Source: Mantamonas sphyraenae STR306 (Eukaryota > Protista > CRuMs). From it: a stretch of DNA of 64,000 nt. Location: contig JAPMXV010000059.1 of the NCBI GenBank assembly GCA_026936335.1, positions 186,001 to 250,000 on the forward strand, read 5' to 3'. Of the stretch, positions 49,001 through 61,018 are shown piece by piece. The number at the start of each line of letters is the position of its first letter. Positions within the stretch are counted from its first letter, which is position 1. Under the pieces are notes generated by a model. It had not been told where the DNA came from. It did not search any database and was given only the letters and a program-made list of their open reading frames with translations. The position numbers were made by a program, and so were the translations under genes.

Positions 49001-52000
49001 TGTACGAGTTTGTGGACAGCGAAAGCTTCGTGGGGATGGACTTTGAGCAGTCGCTGCGCACGTTCCTGAACCTGTTCCGCCTGCCGGGCGAGGCGCAGAA
49101 GATCGACCGCATGATGGAAAAGTTTGCCGAACGGTTCTGCAAGGACAACCCGGGCGTGTTTGCAAACGCAGACACGGCGTACGTGCTGGCATACTCTGTG
49201 ATCATGCTCAACACAGATCTGCACAACCCGATGGTGGCCAAGAAAATGACGCTGGAGGAATTTGTGCGCAACAACCGAGGCATCAACGACGACGGGGACC
49301 TGCCATACGAGATGCTGGAGCACATCTACGACCGCATCAAGAACCACGAAATCAAGCTGAAGGACGAGGAAGGCGACAAGCTGGCGGAGGAGCTCAACGC
49401 AACGGACATGAACGACCAGCAAAAGAAGGCGTTGTTGTTCAACCTGGAAACCGAGAACCTGATCCAAAAGTCGCAGGAGGCCATGCGTGGCAAGAGCAAG
49501 AACAGCAAGTTTGTGCGTGGCGATCACGCAGAGAACGTGGCGTCGATGTTCCGCATTACGTGGTGCCCTTTGATGGCAGCCTTTTCTGTGATTCTGGAAC
49601 AGAGCGAAAGCGCAGCGGTGACGGCCCAGTGCCTGGAGGGAATCCAGTTTGCCATTCGCATTAGCTCGACGTTCCTGATGTCGATGGAGCGCAATGCGTT
49701 TGTGATGACACTGGCGAACTTTACGCTGCTGAACAGCATTCGTGAGATGCGCCCAAAGAACATCGAGAGCATCAAGACACTGATCCAGGTGGCACACACG
49801 GACGGAGACAACCTGGAGGACGACTGGCAGCACATTCTGAAGTGCATCAGCGGGCTGGACCATCTGCACCTGGTGAGCGGAGGCGCGGGAATGGGCATGA
49901 GTGGAGGTGGCATGGACGGCGGGCTGTCTGCACAAGCGGGCATGGGTGGAGGGTACGCAGGCGACGCAGGCGGATACGCAGGCGGCGATGGGATGGGAAG
50001 CGGAGGCGGCGGAGGAATGATGGGCGGTGAAAACGGAACGCCTCCACGCCACTCGTTTGCGTCTGGGCGTGCTTCGATCTCCTCGCGCGACTCGAAGGAG
50101 TACATGGACAAGCTGCGGCAGGCGGCAGCGACGGGCAAGCTGTCGCGTGAGCAAGCAGCGATGCTGGAGGAGATCAACTCGCAGCACGTGAACGAGCAGA
50201 TCGACCAGATTGCGATTGACCGTATTTTTACGGACAGCCAGCGGTTGAACAACCAGGCGATTGTGCACTTTGTAAAGGCATTGTGTGCAGTGAGTGCAGA
50301 GGAGATCAGCCAGAGCAACCCGCGCACGTTTTCGATGCAGAAGCTGGTGGAAATTGCCTTTTACAACATGGACCGCATCCGTATTGTGTGGTCGAAGCTG
50401 TGGAAGTCACTGCAGGAGCACTTTTACAAGGCGGCTTGCCATCCGAACGAGCACATTTCGATGTATGCGATCAACTCACTGCGACAGCTGGCGTTCAAGT
50501 TCCTGGAGAAGGACGAGCTGGCAAACTACAACTTCCAGAAGGAGTTTCTGAAGCCGTTTGAAATGATTGTGCGCAACGCACAGGTGGAAATGCAGGAGCT
50601 TGTGCTGGACTGCATGCGCAACATGGTGTTGGGCATGTCGCGCAACATCTCGTCGGGGTGGAAGAGTGTGTTTGCAGTGTTTTCGGCGTGTGCGGGCCCT
50701 GTGCCTGGGCGTGTGCAGCGCTTTGCGTTTGAGATTGTGGAAATGATCATGGAGCAATACCACGGCCTGATGGTGGAGCGACGAGATACGTTTGTGGACC
50801 TTGTGAATTGCCTGGTGGCGTTTGCAAACAACAAGGACGACGAGATGATTAGCGACAAGGCGCTGACGCATCTGCTGGCGTGTGCGCAGGTGGTTGTGTC
50901 TGGTCAGCTGCAGGACGAGCAGATGGACGCCGGAGGAGACTCGAGCGCTGCTGGGGAAGGAGAAGAAGACGTGGCGGGCTCGGTGTCTGGCCAATCGTAT
51001 GCAGCGGTGGTGGGCTCCGGTGCGGGCATGGAAGCAGAAGAGAGCACAACTGTTGTGTTTAGTGACAACGAGGGCGATCTGAAGGTGTGGTTCCCGATCC
51101 TGACAGGCCTTTCGCGCACAGTGGGCCACAAGCGTGAGAGCACGCGAAGTCGGGCTCTGCGAGACCTGCTGGCGCTGATTTCAGACAATGGCGATGCGTT
51201 TGACGAGTCGTTGTGGCAGCTGATCTTCAAAGGGGTGCTGTTTCCCATTTTTGACGATGTACGCCATGCGTTTGTGGAGCCGGACGAGTCTGCGGTGGGT
51301 GAGCTGAACAGCTCGCTGGAGAATCATCTGGTGACGAGCGAGTGGCTCAACACGACGTGTCTGCCTGCTCTGCAGGGCTTGGTCACGGTGTATGCGCGGT
51401 TCTTTGAACGGCTGCCGATGCTGCTGGGTGACGTGCTGGGTCTGCTGTCGAGCTGCGTGACGGAAGGCACAGAGGTGGAGCGCTTGTCGACAATCGGCAC
51501 GTCCTGCCTGCTACAGCTGCTGAAGGAGCTCAAGGGCCAGTTGAGCAACGAACAGTGGGATCTCGTGGTGGACACGGTGGTGGACATGTTTGCGCAGACG
51601 ACGCCGAGTCAGCTGCTGTCGTTTGGAAGCGGCACGGCACAGGAGGTGGTAGAGGAGGAGGCCGGTAAGGATGAGGATCGCGAGGGAGAAGAAGAGAAGG
51701 AGGAGGGCGAGGAGGGTGAGGAGGGTGAGGAGGGTGAGGAACAGCAACAGCAAGGGACGCGCGGAAGCCAAGAGTCGACGGATAGCTTGAGGTACAAGTG
51801 CGTGGCACAATTGCGTCTGATTACTCTGACGCAGGAGCTGGTGGTGCTTTGCTTTGGCGAACTGAGCGGCAAGCAGACAATGCGCATGGTGGAGGTACTG
51901 CAGGGGTCGTATGCGCTCGGCCACGAGTTTAACGAGAATGTGGAGGTGCGCAAGCAGCTGCTGGCGGCAGGGTTTATGCAGAAGCTGCCGAACCTGTTCC

Positions 52001-52374
52001 GACAGGAAAAGGGTGCGACGACGGCAATGGCAGTGATCCTGTTTCAGATGGTGGGCAACGAGTCGACGGCAGAGAAGAAGGCGCTGGCAGAGCCGCGTCT
52101 GATGGCGCTGATTGAGCAGGTGCTCAACGCATACATCTACGACACATATCTGATGGATGTGAACGGAAACCGTTCGAACATCTGGGTGCAGACGGTGGTT
52201 GTGATCCTTTCTGCGTTGTCGGATATGGACGACGACCAGTTTGCCGAGTATTGGCCACGCTTTTACACGCTGGCGGGCGAACTGGTCCTCAGCGACAGCG
52301 TGGAGGTGCGACAGCGCCTGGTGCAGCTGTGGAAGCGCACAGGGAGTATGTGGAACGTTGTGGACAGCAAATGA
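46095..52374 (+). CDS. ARFGEF1: BIG/Sec7-type large ARF guanine-nucleotide exchange factor (5 exons)
   Basis: DCB ([18 protein letters not shown]|ALL), HUS (NYDCD), Sec7 ([31 protein letters not shown]), HDS ([22 protein letters not shown]). Confidence 0.96.
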
Positions 52375-52388
52375 AGAATCGGGACACG

Positions 52389-52844
52389 TCACTCGTCGTG
52401 GGATTTCTCAGGGCGGTTGGTGAGGTCCAGAAGACTCTGAAGGCGCGCTGGAGTGCAGCACAGGGCAGCGCCGAGGATACACAGTGCAGCACAGGCAAAG
52501 GTGGCGTTTGAGGAGTGGTGGACGATGGTGATGAGGCGCGGGAGATACGGGCACCAGTCGGCGAGAGAACGCGTGTGCTTGACGAGGCCGAGGAGGGCGC
52601 CGAGGAAGAACATGGGGCCCTGATCGCCCCATGGGTCGGCGAGGGTGCCGTTTTGATAGCTTTTCATGACATCGAGGCTGCAGTTTGCATCGAAGCGGGT
52701 GCGTAAGTTGTGTGCCTGAGCACGAAAGGCAAAGGCGACCGGTACAGCGAGGACAGCGGTACAGTAAGCAAGAACGCGGAATACACGGCAGGTGAAGATG
52801 ACGGTGGTGTCATGGAGGGGTTGGAAGCGTGGAGCGGTGGTCAT
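52389..52844 (-). CDS. Small hypothetical membrane protein (~151 aa)
   Basis: Open frame from MTTAPRFQ filling the gap between BIG and RNF8, with 2-3 hydrophobic segments; no family recognised. Confidence 0.55.
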   Translation of the reverse strand: MTTAPRFQPLHDTTVIFTCRVFRVLAYCTAVLAVPVAFAFRAQAHNLRTRFDANCSLDVMKSYQNGTLADPWGDQGPMFFLGALLGLVKHTRSLADWCPYLPRLITIVHHSSNATFACAALCILGAALCCTPARLQSLLDLTNRPEKSHDE

Positions 52845-52911
52845 TCGAAGGGGAGGAAAGGAGAGGGACGGAGCGACGGGGGAGGCAGTTCGAAGGTCAG
52901 AGAGAGTTGAG

Positions 52912-54569
52912 ATGTCCACAGGGGCGCGAAAGCGCACGGAAATGGAACCAGCAAGCACGATGCTTTACGAACCACATTGGAGGCTGGTGCACGTAGGGGC
53001 GCCAAGCAGCAGTGGGAGCCTGCAACAGCGGGTGCGCCTGGACCCGCGCAGGTCGCCGATCTGGTTGGGACGCAAGAAGGAGGCGGTGGATGTGTACGTG
53101 TGGCATTGAGGAGGGTGGCAGCGAGGCTGGAAACGGTGTGTGAGATAACACAGGCGATGGGGATGAGGCTGACATGGGGTGCAGGCTGCTCGACTCTGCG
53201 GAACACCCGTCGATGATCTCACGCAAGCACGCATGGCTGGAGTGGCTTCCGCATACAGAGGCAGAGGAGAATGAAGAGGAAGAGGAGGAGGAGGAGGAGG
53301 AGACGCATGGAAGCGCGTCATCCTCGTCATCCTCGTCCCGGGCAGCGTCGTCATCGTCGGTAGTGATGCGGTGGCGGCTGGTGGACAACAAGTCTGTGAA
53401 CGGGGTGTTTGTCAACCGGGAGCGAGTGAAGGAACGATGGCTGAGGTGAGTGAGGAGTCACAACAGTGGAGTGGAAATTGGAAATTGGAAATGGGAAGCG
53501 CGTAGTTGTGCTGACACAGACGTGGCTTCAACTCAGCGCGGGAGATGTGGTGATGTTTGGCGGGCTACGGCCTGTGGCTATGGGGGAGCAATGTCCGAGG
53601 AGGTGGCATGACAAGCTTGAGTTTGTGTTCAAAGTGGAGCAGGAGGAAGGGGACGATGATGGCCAGGAGGAGGTGATGGGAAGGCTGGAGGAGTTTGCAG
53701 GGGCCGAGCCAGACACAAAGCGGCAACGACTGGCAACTGAGCTGCAGCAGCGTGAAATGGAACTGAAAGCATTGCGTGCACAGGTGCGTGCAGCCGAAGA
53801 GGGTCGGAACGCAGAGGTGGAACAGCTGCGGCGGGAATTGGAGGCGCACCAGACAATGACAAAGCAGATGGCATTGCAAGTGGTGTCCGCGCAGAACAAG
53901 GCTGATACAATTGAAAAGGAGTTGAAAGAGATGGAAAAGGGAAAGATGCGAGCCATCGAGCTGGATGCAGATGTGATTTCGGCGCACTTTGAGTGTGCGA
54001 TCTGCTTTGAGGTGATGGTCGAGCCTGCCATGCTGGCGTGTTCGCACACGTTTTGCATGACGTGCATCCAAAAGTGGTTGGAACGGCCCAATAGCAAGCG
54101 TGAATGTCCCGAGTGTCGCACGAGTGTGGCCAACGAACCCACACGGGCGCGCAAGCTCGACGCGGCGATCCAAGCACTGATGGAACGGAGTGCGGACACA
54201 GACATGAGGCAAGGGTACGAGGCACGTGTGGAGGCACGACGCAAGCGATTGGAAGAAGAGGAGGAGCAGGTGAAGAAGCTCAGGGAGGCGTACGACGCGT
54301 GGAAACGTCAGGGAAGCAAGCAAGAGAAGATGCTGAACATTCGCACAAAGTGGCGACCCCAGGACAAAGAGGCGTTCCACACAGCCCTGGACAAGTACAC
54401 AGGTCGTGCACGTGTGGTCTATTGTGAGATTGTGGGCCTAACGCACTCGTGGATTTCCCACGCAAACCACTTTGAGCTGGCGCTGGCTTGCCAGAATCTG
54501 GACGTGGAGTTGGGCCCTCGAGCAGGCGTGCCCGCCATGCGCAGCAAGTTGCAAGCGTTTCTGCTGTGA
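52912..54569 (+). CDS. RNF8: FHA + coiled coil + RING E3 ubiquitin ligase, RNF8-like; exons 52912-53093, 53185-53445, ~53537-54569
   Basis: FHA motifs LGR, ISRKHA, DNKSVNGVFVN; C3HC4 RING CAICFEVMVEPAMLACSHTFCMTCI..CPECR. Confidence 0.8.
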
Positions 54570-54599
54570 AAAAGAAAAGAGAGAAAATGCAGGGACAGT

Positions 54600-54663
54600 T
54601 TACTCTTCCTCCTCATCCTCCTCCTGCTCCTCCTGCTCCTGCTCGTTGTCGTCAGAATCGGAA

Positions 54664-54707
<44 letters not shown>

Positions 54708-54845
54708 TTGCTCTTCGGGCTCCTGCTCGGCCTGGGCCTGCTCGGCAAAGTTGAGCGGCTGCTCTTCCTCATCTTCGTCCTGCTCCTCATCCTCGGGCTC
54801 CTGCTCGGCCTGAGCCTGCTCGGCAAAGTTGAGCGGCTGCTCAGA
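54600..54845 (-). repeat. Coding low-complexity repeats: (GAGCAG)n and a duplicated ~50 nt unit encoding EQPLNFAEQAQAEQEPE
   Basis: Visible as ctcctg arrays and two copies of ctcggcaaagttgagcggctgc on the + strand. Confidence 0.9.
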
Positions 54846-55721
54846 CTCGTCGTCCTCGTCAGCGCTCTCCTCAGCCTCCTGGGCCTCCTCCGAGTTGTCC
54901 AGATCCTCGACGTCGGCGCCGACAATGCCACCCTCATAGGGCACCTGGTCGTCGTCGTGCTCGTCGTCGCTCATCTGCTCGTCCAGATCCATGTCGTCGA
55001 GCTCGGGCTGCTCGTCGCCAGACATCAGAAACTCCAGGGCCTGAGCCATCCTGTGGAACGTGTGGATCGCGTACGACGAGGTGTCGAGGGCGAGAACTGT
55101 TAGCATGGGCTCCATTCACACGCAAAAGAGGCGAGAGTGAATTTCCGCCAAAATCCCTGTGGCAGAGCTGTGCTTTTGAAGCCGCGCCAGCACACGCACA
55201 CACGTCATGCGCACATGTGCCTGCATGCGAGGGGTGTTTGTGCTCCGTGCACGCCGTCTCGCATGGCACATGATGCGGTTTGCTGTGTATGCGGCGCGTG
55301 TGCGGGAATGTGTGGAGGAGAGGGGAAAAACGGGCGGTGGAGAAAAAAGGGGCGGCGGCGAATGTGTCTCGTGCTGGCCCATGTGAAGAGTGCATGTGGC
55401 ATGGAAGGGTGATTGGGCATGTGTGGGGTGGTCCCATGCAATGCAACATACTGGACAGCCGAATCCTCGTTGTCCTGCTCCTGCTCAAGCACCTCCTTGG
55501 TGTTCTGCTCGGCCAGCTCGTTCTCGTCCTCAACAATCAGTCCGTCGTTGTCCACGAACGACTGCTGCTCCTCCTTTGCCTCCTCCTCGGGCGCCGCGGT
55601 CGGCCGGTGCATCCACACTGGCCTGGTCCGCGTCGATCTCCGTCACGGCAATGTCTTGCTCCAACGCCATTGTGAGGGCGGCAACGCCCAGAATCAGCAA
55701 CAGCACAAAGCTCGTCTTCAT
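54600..55721 (-). CDS. Secreted hyper-acidic D/E/Q-rich protein (~282 aa); exons 55721-55452, 55282-55200, 55096-54600; frameshift near 55600
   Basis: Signal peptide MKTSFVLLLILGVAALTMA, acidic blocks, duplicated EQPLNFAEQAQAEQEPE, (QE)n tail; splice phases consistent. Confidence 0.7.
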
Positions 55722-55859
55722 CTGCGGGCACAAAGGGCAATCCAAGACACAAGCGATGAGACACACAGAGTCAGCACGTGTGAGCAACGACAAACGACAC
55801 AGAACGACACAGAATGGATGACGCACAGTTGTTTGTTTTGCCGGCGCCAGCGCCCCGGC

Positions 55860-57265
55860 TCACTTTGACTTCTTTCCTTCCTCCTCCTTGCCATTGTTGG
55901 ACCCCTTGTTTCCCTTTCCACTGGTGGCCTTCTTTTTGTCCTTCTGGTCTGTCTGCTCCTTCTCCTCCTCTTCCTCCTCTTCCTCCTCCACAGTGGTGAA
56001 GTTCCACAGGGTGCCAAACTGTCCAGAAGCGGCCGCAGGCACCATGGAGAACAGGTAGCAGGTGGGCACGAGGTAAAGCAGCGCCGGCTGGGCAGACTTG
56101 AACACGTGCATGACAACAATGGTGACAATCATGCCCACGGTCCATCCCACCATGCCCCACCAGAAGTAGAATGCGGAGAACGGCAGCTTCTCCTCCTCAC
56201 TGTCCTTCTGCGCCTCCTTCTTGCTGTCCTCCTTCTTGCTGCCCTTGTTGCGCTTCTTCTGGGCCTCTTTGGCCTCTTTAGCTGCCTTGGAACCAATCAG
56301 CGGCACGCCGAGCAGCTTCTCGCGTGCAAGCGCGTAGTCAAACTTGAGCATGAGGGCAATAAACATGCCGGGCAGCACAATGTCGCCAAGGCCCAGAAGC
56401 GTCATTTTGGGTTCGGCGCCTGCCACAAGCATGTTCCTGGGAAATACAAGCTTGATGGGGCCGTCAAAGTTGATGGCAACGGTGACCATCACCTCGGTGA
56501 AGAACACAAAGTAGATGTCGTAGAAGAAAAGACCACCGAGGAGCATGGCGGCCGTTGTGTATGCTCCTGCGTCCAAAAACTGGATTCCTTGCACGGCAAA
56601 AGCAATGCCGATGAGGTTGTTTGCCATCCAATGCTTCGTCTGAGCGTACCACACCTCCAGGGCCAGCGTCACGAGCAGGGCAGGGAAATCCAACGCATCC
56701 AAGGTGATGTCGACTGTGTTTACGGTGTGTGTGTGGCATGCGTTGTGTCAGCAGTGGTCGCAATGCCGAGCAAGACGGCGGTGAACATGCAGGAGGGGCC
56801 ACGTCACGCGAGGGGTACCCCAGCGCCACCGCGCTCACACGTACAGTCGAGGAAGCTGAAGCCGTCCCAGTGGAAAGAATATTCGTACTCGACGTCTGCA
56901 TTGTACCAGGAGGAGGGCACAAGGGAGCGCAGGACGAGGGAGACGGTGGAGGCAACGGCAAAGATGCCGACGCCGAGAATGTACAGCATGAGCAGCTGGT
57001 TGACGACCTCGCGGGGAAGCAGCTTGAAACAGGCGTACAGAAAGAGAAGGAAGGAACCAGCCACCACAGGGAACTTCATGGCGTCGCTCTGCTTCATCTG
57101 TTCGGCCTCCTTTTCGTGGAGCCCAGCGTACGCGCCCATGTAGATGCACAGCAGCGACATGGATGTGATGGCCACATGAGCCACCCACATCGAACCATCC
57201 TTGGCGGTGATATCCACACCCGCCACACTCAGCAGCACTTCCATCTCCGCCTCGGTGACGTTCAT
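55860..57265 (-). CDS. HM13: Signal peptide peptidase (presenilin-like aspartyl protease); exons 57265-56845, 56713-55860
   Basis: DAMKFP, HWMANN, FFYDIYFVF, LLGLGDIVLPG, AQPALLYLVP, terminal KKSK ER-retrieval motif. Confidence 0.93.
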
Positions 57266-57374
57266 GGTCCCAGTGTGTGGATTTGACGGCGCACGCGGAC
57301 GCACTGCACACAATCACAGCAAGACACGCAGGTACTGCCGTTGCGCGTGTGACAAACTGACCGCGTCCCTTTGT

Positions 57375-59808
57375 TCAATTCTTGTTCTCTCTCCTTCGCG
57401 TGCTCTTGCTCTTGTCCACCAGCGTCGTGTACAGCTCTTGCGCCTCGTTGACGAGCTTTGCGGTGCCAGGGTACGACGTCAGAGAGTCCTGCTGGCGTAG
57501 CACCGTGTCCAAATTGACCTCCACACTCTCCAGCCTCTCCTTCATGTTGTGAATGACCTCGTCCACAGACGCAAGCATGTCCTCTGTACGTCCTGCTGCG
57601 CGCTCGGACTCCTCGTCTGCATCCGCCCCGCCCTCCTCTTTGCCATTGTTCGCCAGACGACCCAATCTGTCCCGGGTGCCACTGAACGACGAGTCAAACG
57701 TGCGTGGAGAGCGCCAAGCTCGCTTGCCGTCGGCTGTGCTGACACCTGTCCACGTGCTTCTCTTTTCCGGAGTCAGTTGCCATACGTCCACGTCCTGTGC
57801 ATCGGCTGCATCTCCCACCAATCGACGCTGCTGGGCTGTGGTGGTGCGTTCGAACCTGTGTGTGCTGGGATCGGAAAATGTGTACGACAGCGGATGTTCG
57901 ATCACGTGCCGCAGCGCAGCGTACACAGCTCGGATGTCCCCGGAGGCAATGGCACTGTCCACACGGTCGCCCAGCTTGACCAGCATCGGATGGTCGTCCA
58001 ACTGCAACTCGGGAGGATGGTTGTCCAGATGCAGTAGCGATTCCTCCTGATCGGCCAGCTGGCCAGGAACCTGGGTAAGAAACACGCTGCTGTCGTCCAG
58101 TTGCTCGCCTGTCGATGTCATTCCGGCGTGGTCGGCGTCACCCAAGTCCTGTGTGTCTCCGTGTCTGCGTTTGCCCTTGAGTTTGAGCGAGTTTGCGTGC
58201 TCCTTGGCCTTCTGCTCCTGCAGGTGAGTGACCCCCTCGTAGGACTCGTAGTGGTGTTTGTACAGGCCCTGCTTGTGCAGCGTGGGCAGATTGTCTGTGA
58301 TGTGGATCAGATCCTTGGGAGTCCACTCTAGGGTGGGCTTGGGCTTCGCCAACACCTTTGCGCTGAGGGCGATGAACACCTGACGCTCACCAAACGCGTC
58401 GACCAGCTCAGGCAGGTTGCGGCTGCGCTTGCGTTGCAACACAGGGTTGTCCCACAGAATGAGATGGGTCAGGGACGGCATGCGAGCAAGCGGCAACAGG
58501 TCCTCTTCGTGCTCCAGCGCATTCTCCGCTAGTGTCAACACAACCAGCTCCACAAACAGGTCTGAGTGCAGTGCAGGCAGCGTACTGATACCGTTGCCGT
58601 TCAGATTGAGCATCTGCAGGTGAGGAATGCTGCCAAGTGCATACACATTGGCCTCCACCGTTTCCTTGGACCCGCTGCCCAGCTTGTTGTTGCTCAGAAT
58701 GAGGCTCTCCAGCGCGGCGAAATCGTCCATGGACGGTGGCAGCCGTTTGAGGTTGTTGTAAGACAGGTCGAGCTCACGCAAGGATTGCATCTTGGCGAGT
58801 TCGGCGACCGCATCCTCTGTGAGATCGTTGTATGCCAGATCAAGCACCTGCAGGTTCTCGAATGTGCCTGGAGCTACAAAAAGCTGGTGCTGGCCGTTGC
58901 AGTGAAGGTGCAGTTCTTCCAGCACGGGCAGGGCGGCCAGCTGAGTCAGGTCCACCTGGTTGTCGCCGAGGTCCAAATAAGTCAGATTCACAAAAAGGCC
59001 CAGATCCTGGGTTTCCACATAGCGCAGGCCATGGTTATTCATATCCGCCATCTCTGCCTGCTTCGGATGGTCGACTCCGGCAGCGTCGAGCTGCGTGGGG
59101 CGAGGAGAGAGAAAGTGTGTCAGCGTCCACTTGCTCCTGTCCATCCGATGGACACGCACACGCACACCACAGGGGCCAAGACAAGGACACGCACCAGCTT
59201 GAATCCATCCAGGGTGCGCTCAAGCATCCGCGCCTCTCGCTTTGCCTGCTTGGCCTCAAACTCTGCCCGGCGCTTCTTCGCCTCCTCTTCGCTGGCGACC
59301 ATGGCTTCGAATCGGTCGCCCTCCCTGCTGATGGGGGTGATGGTCTGCGGCACGGGCATGGGGGGGAGGGTGGAATGCAGGTGTGTGGGCGATCCATGGC
59401 ATCGAGTGTGAGCAAATGAGCGATGTGTTGGCACATGAGAAGGAGGGAAAGGCCGAACGGAAGCGAGCAACGGTCGATGCGAGCACTTACGGCTTTGCGT
59501 CGGCCCCCCTCGTCGGTGCTGGCCTGGATGCCCAGCGTGGATGCAGCCTCCAATTGTTTGCGCTCCTTTTCACGCATGCGCTGCATGCGCTTCTGCAGAT
59601 CCCGCTTTGCTTGGCCGATCTGTTTGCTTCCTCGTGCTGGGCCTCGGCTTCCTCCGCCGCCTGTGCCACTCGACGAACCCGCACGCGCTTTTAGGGCTCG
59701 CGGCGGGAACGCAGAGTTGAACTGGGATGTGTGAGGGGCGTGTGAGTGGGTGGCGGGGTTGACCGGGTCGAAGCGGGGGTGAACGAGAGCGAGGGGCAAA
59801 CCAACCAT
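57375..59808 (-). CDS. XRRA1: XRRA1-like leucine-rich repeat protein; probable exons 59808-59806, 59721-59491, 59344-59195, 59090-57375
   Basis: NSAFPPRAL, LDGFKLL, F.NLTYLDLGDN, LPVLEELHLHCNG, GTFENLQVLDLAYNDLT resemble XRRA1 from recall; several LRRs and a C-terminal coiled coil. Confidence 0.75.
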
Positions 59809-59829
59809 CTTGCTTTTGGGTTGCTCGAC

Positions 59830-60980
59830 ATGTCGGAGAAGGACGCCAAGGCAGAACCATTGGAGACGCAGGCGAATGAGGAGGGAAAGGGTCAGGCAGA
59901 GACGCAGGACGGGTCAGAGGGCAACAGCAGCAACACACAGGCGCTGGGAGCACTGGCACAAACCGTGGCGGGACTGCAGGGATCGTTTGCAAGCACATAC
60001 ACAAACATGGTGGGCACGCTGCAGCAGTCGGTGAGCATGATGGGCACCTTGAACAGCGTCATGGAAGAGTTTCTTGTGCAAAACATGCGAGTGGGTAGGT
60101 TTGAAGCGGACGCGGGAGATCGCGGGGCGGGCGTGCGCAGAAACTGGGTCCTGGCTGACATCTTTGCCGCTTCAGTGTGCAACGTACACATGAACAAGTC
60201 CACAGGAGCCGGGGTCAAGGCCACTGTGGAAATCAACAACCGATCACGCTTCCCCATCGAGCAAACACGGCTGGAAGTGGCGACGCGCCACAAAGGCCCA
60301 GAGGTGAGTGCGCGCTCACAGTACAGTCAGCAGACACGTGCGGACAGGAATTCACACAGCCCCACGCACGATTGTTTACACATGCACCCGTCTGCACACA
60401 CGCACGCGCGCAGGGTGAGGCGTTGGACGATGCAACAGTGACGGTGGAACCGCAGGAGGTGTTGGAGCCCTTCACCATGGCCGCGTTTGAAACACGCTTG
60501 GTACACATGGACATTGAGACGCAGGGTGTGCGGCAGTTTAATGTGCAGGTGTCGGTCAGCTTCCCGTCGCCCGGCACGGGACAGATGCTGACCACCAAGC
60601 GTGTGTTTGGAGTGTACCTGTTGCACCAGCTGGCACGCCATCTTGCTGATGAGGAGGCAGAAGCAACGGCAACCAAAGGCAATGCCAAAGCCAACGCTTC
60701 GTTTGTGCGACAATTGTTCGGTGTGCCGCAGACGGCTGCGTTGGCCGCTGGCCACACCTGTGTGTTTCACCTTCCCGACTCGGTGACCATGGACGAACGT
60801 GAGGGCCTGGTGTTTGGCAAGGACGACCATACCACCATCCAGGTGCTGGGTGTGAACGACGACGACGACAACAAGTTTGACTTGCTCGTCGTTTCACCGG
60901 ACGATGCCATGACGGGACTGGTGGTCGCCGAAATTGAACGCTTGGATGCCGCTGCTGCTGCCGCCAGCAGTAGTGGATGA
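59830..60980 (+). CDS. Uncharacterised protein (3 exons) with beta-sandwich-like region and SFPSPGTG motif
   Basis: MSEKDAKAE...; introns G|GTAGGT..CTGAC..CAG and GAG|GTGAGT..CAG join ORFs 59746 and 60177 in phase. Confidence 0.75.
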
Positions 60981-61018
60981 GGGAGCCCAGTGTATTTTTG
61001 CATCATCATTCCATCTAA

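Noticed and set aside
55170-55265. Defensin-like CETAC..GTC..VCAC motif
   Set aside because: The terminal CAC falls in a probable intron starting GTGCGT at 55199; splicing there restores the downstream frame.
8818-59808. Functional clustering (RPA2/RNF8/XRRA1; ATG13/LAMTOR5; COPZ/BIG)
   Set aside because: Dispersed housekeeping genes with no evidence of co-regulation.
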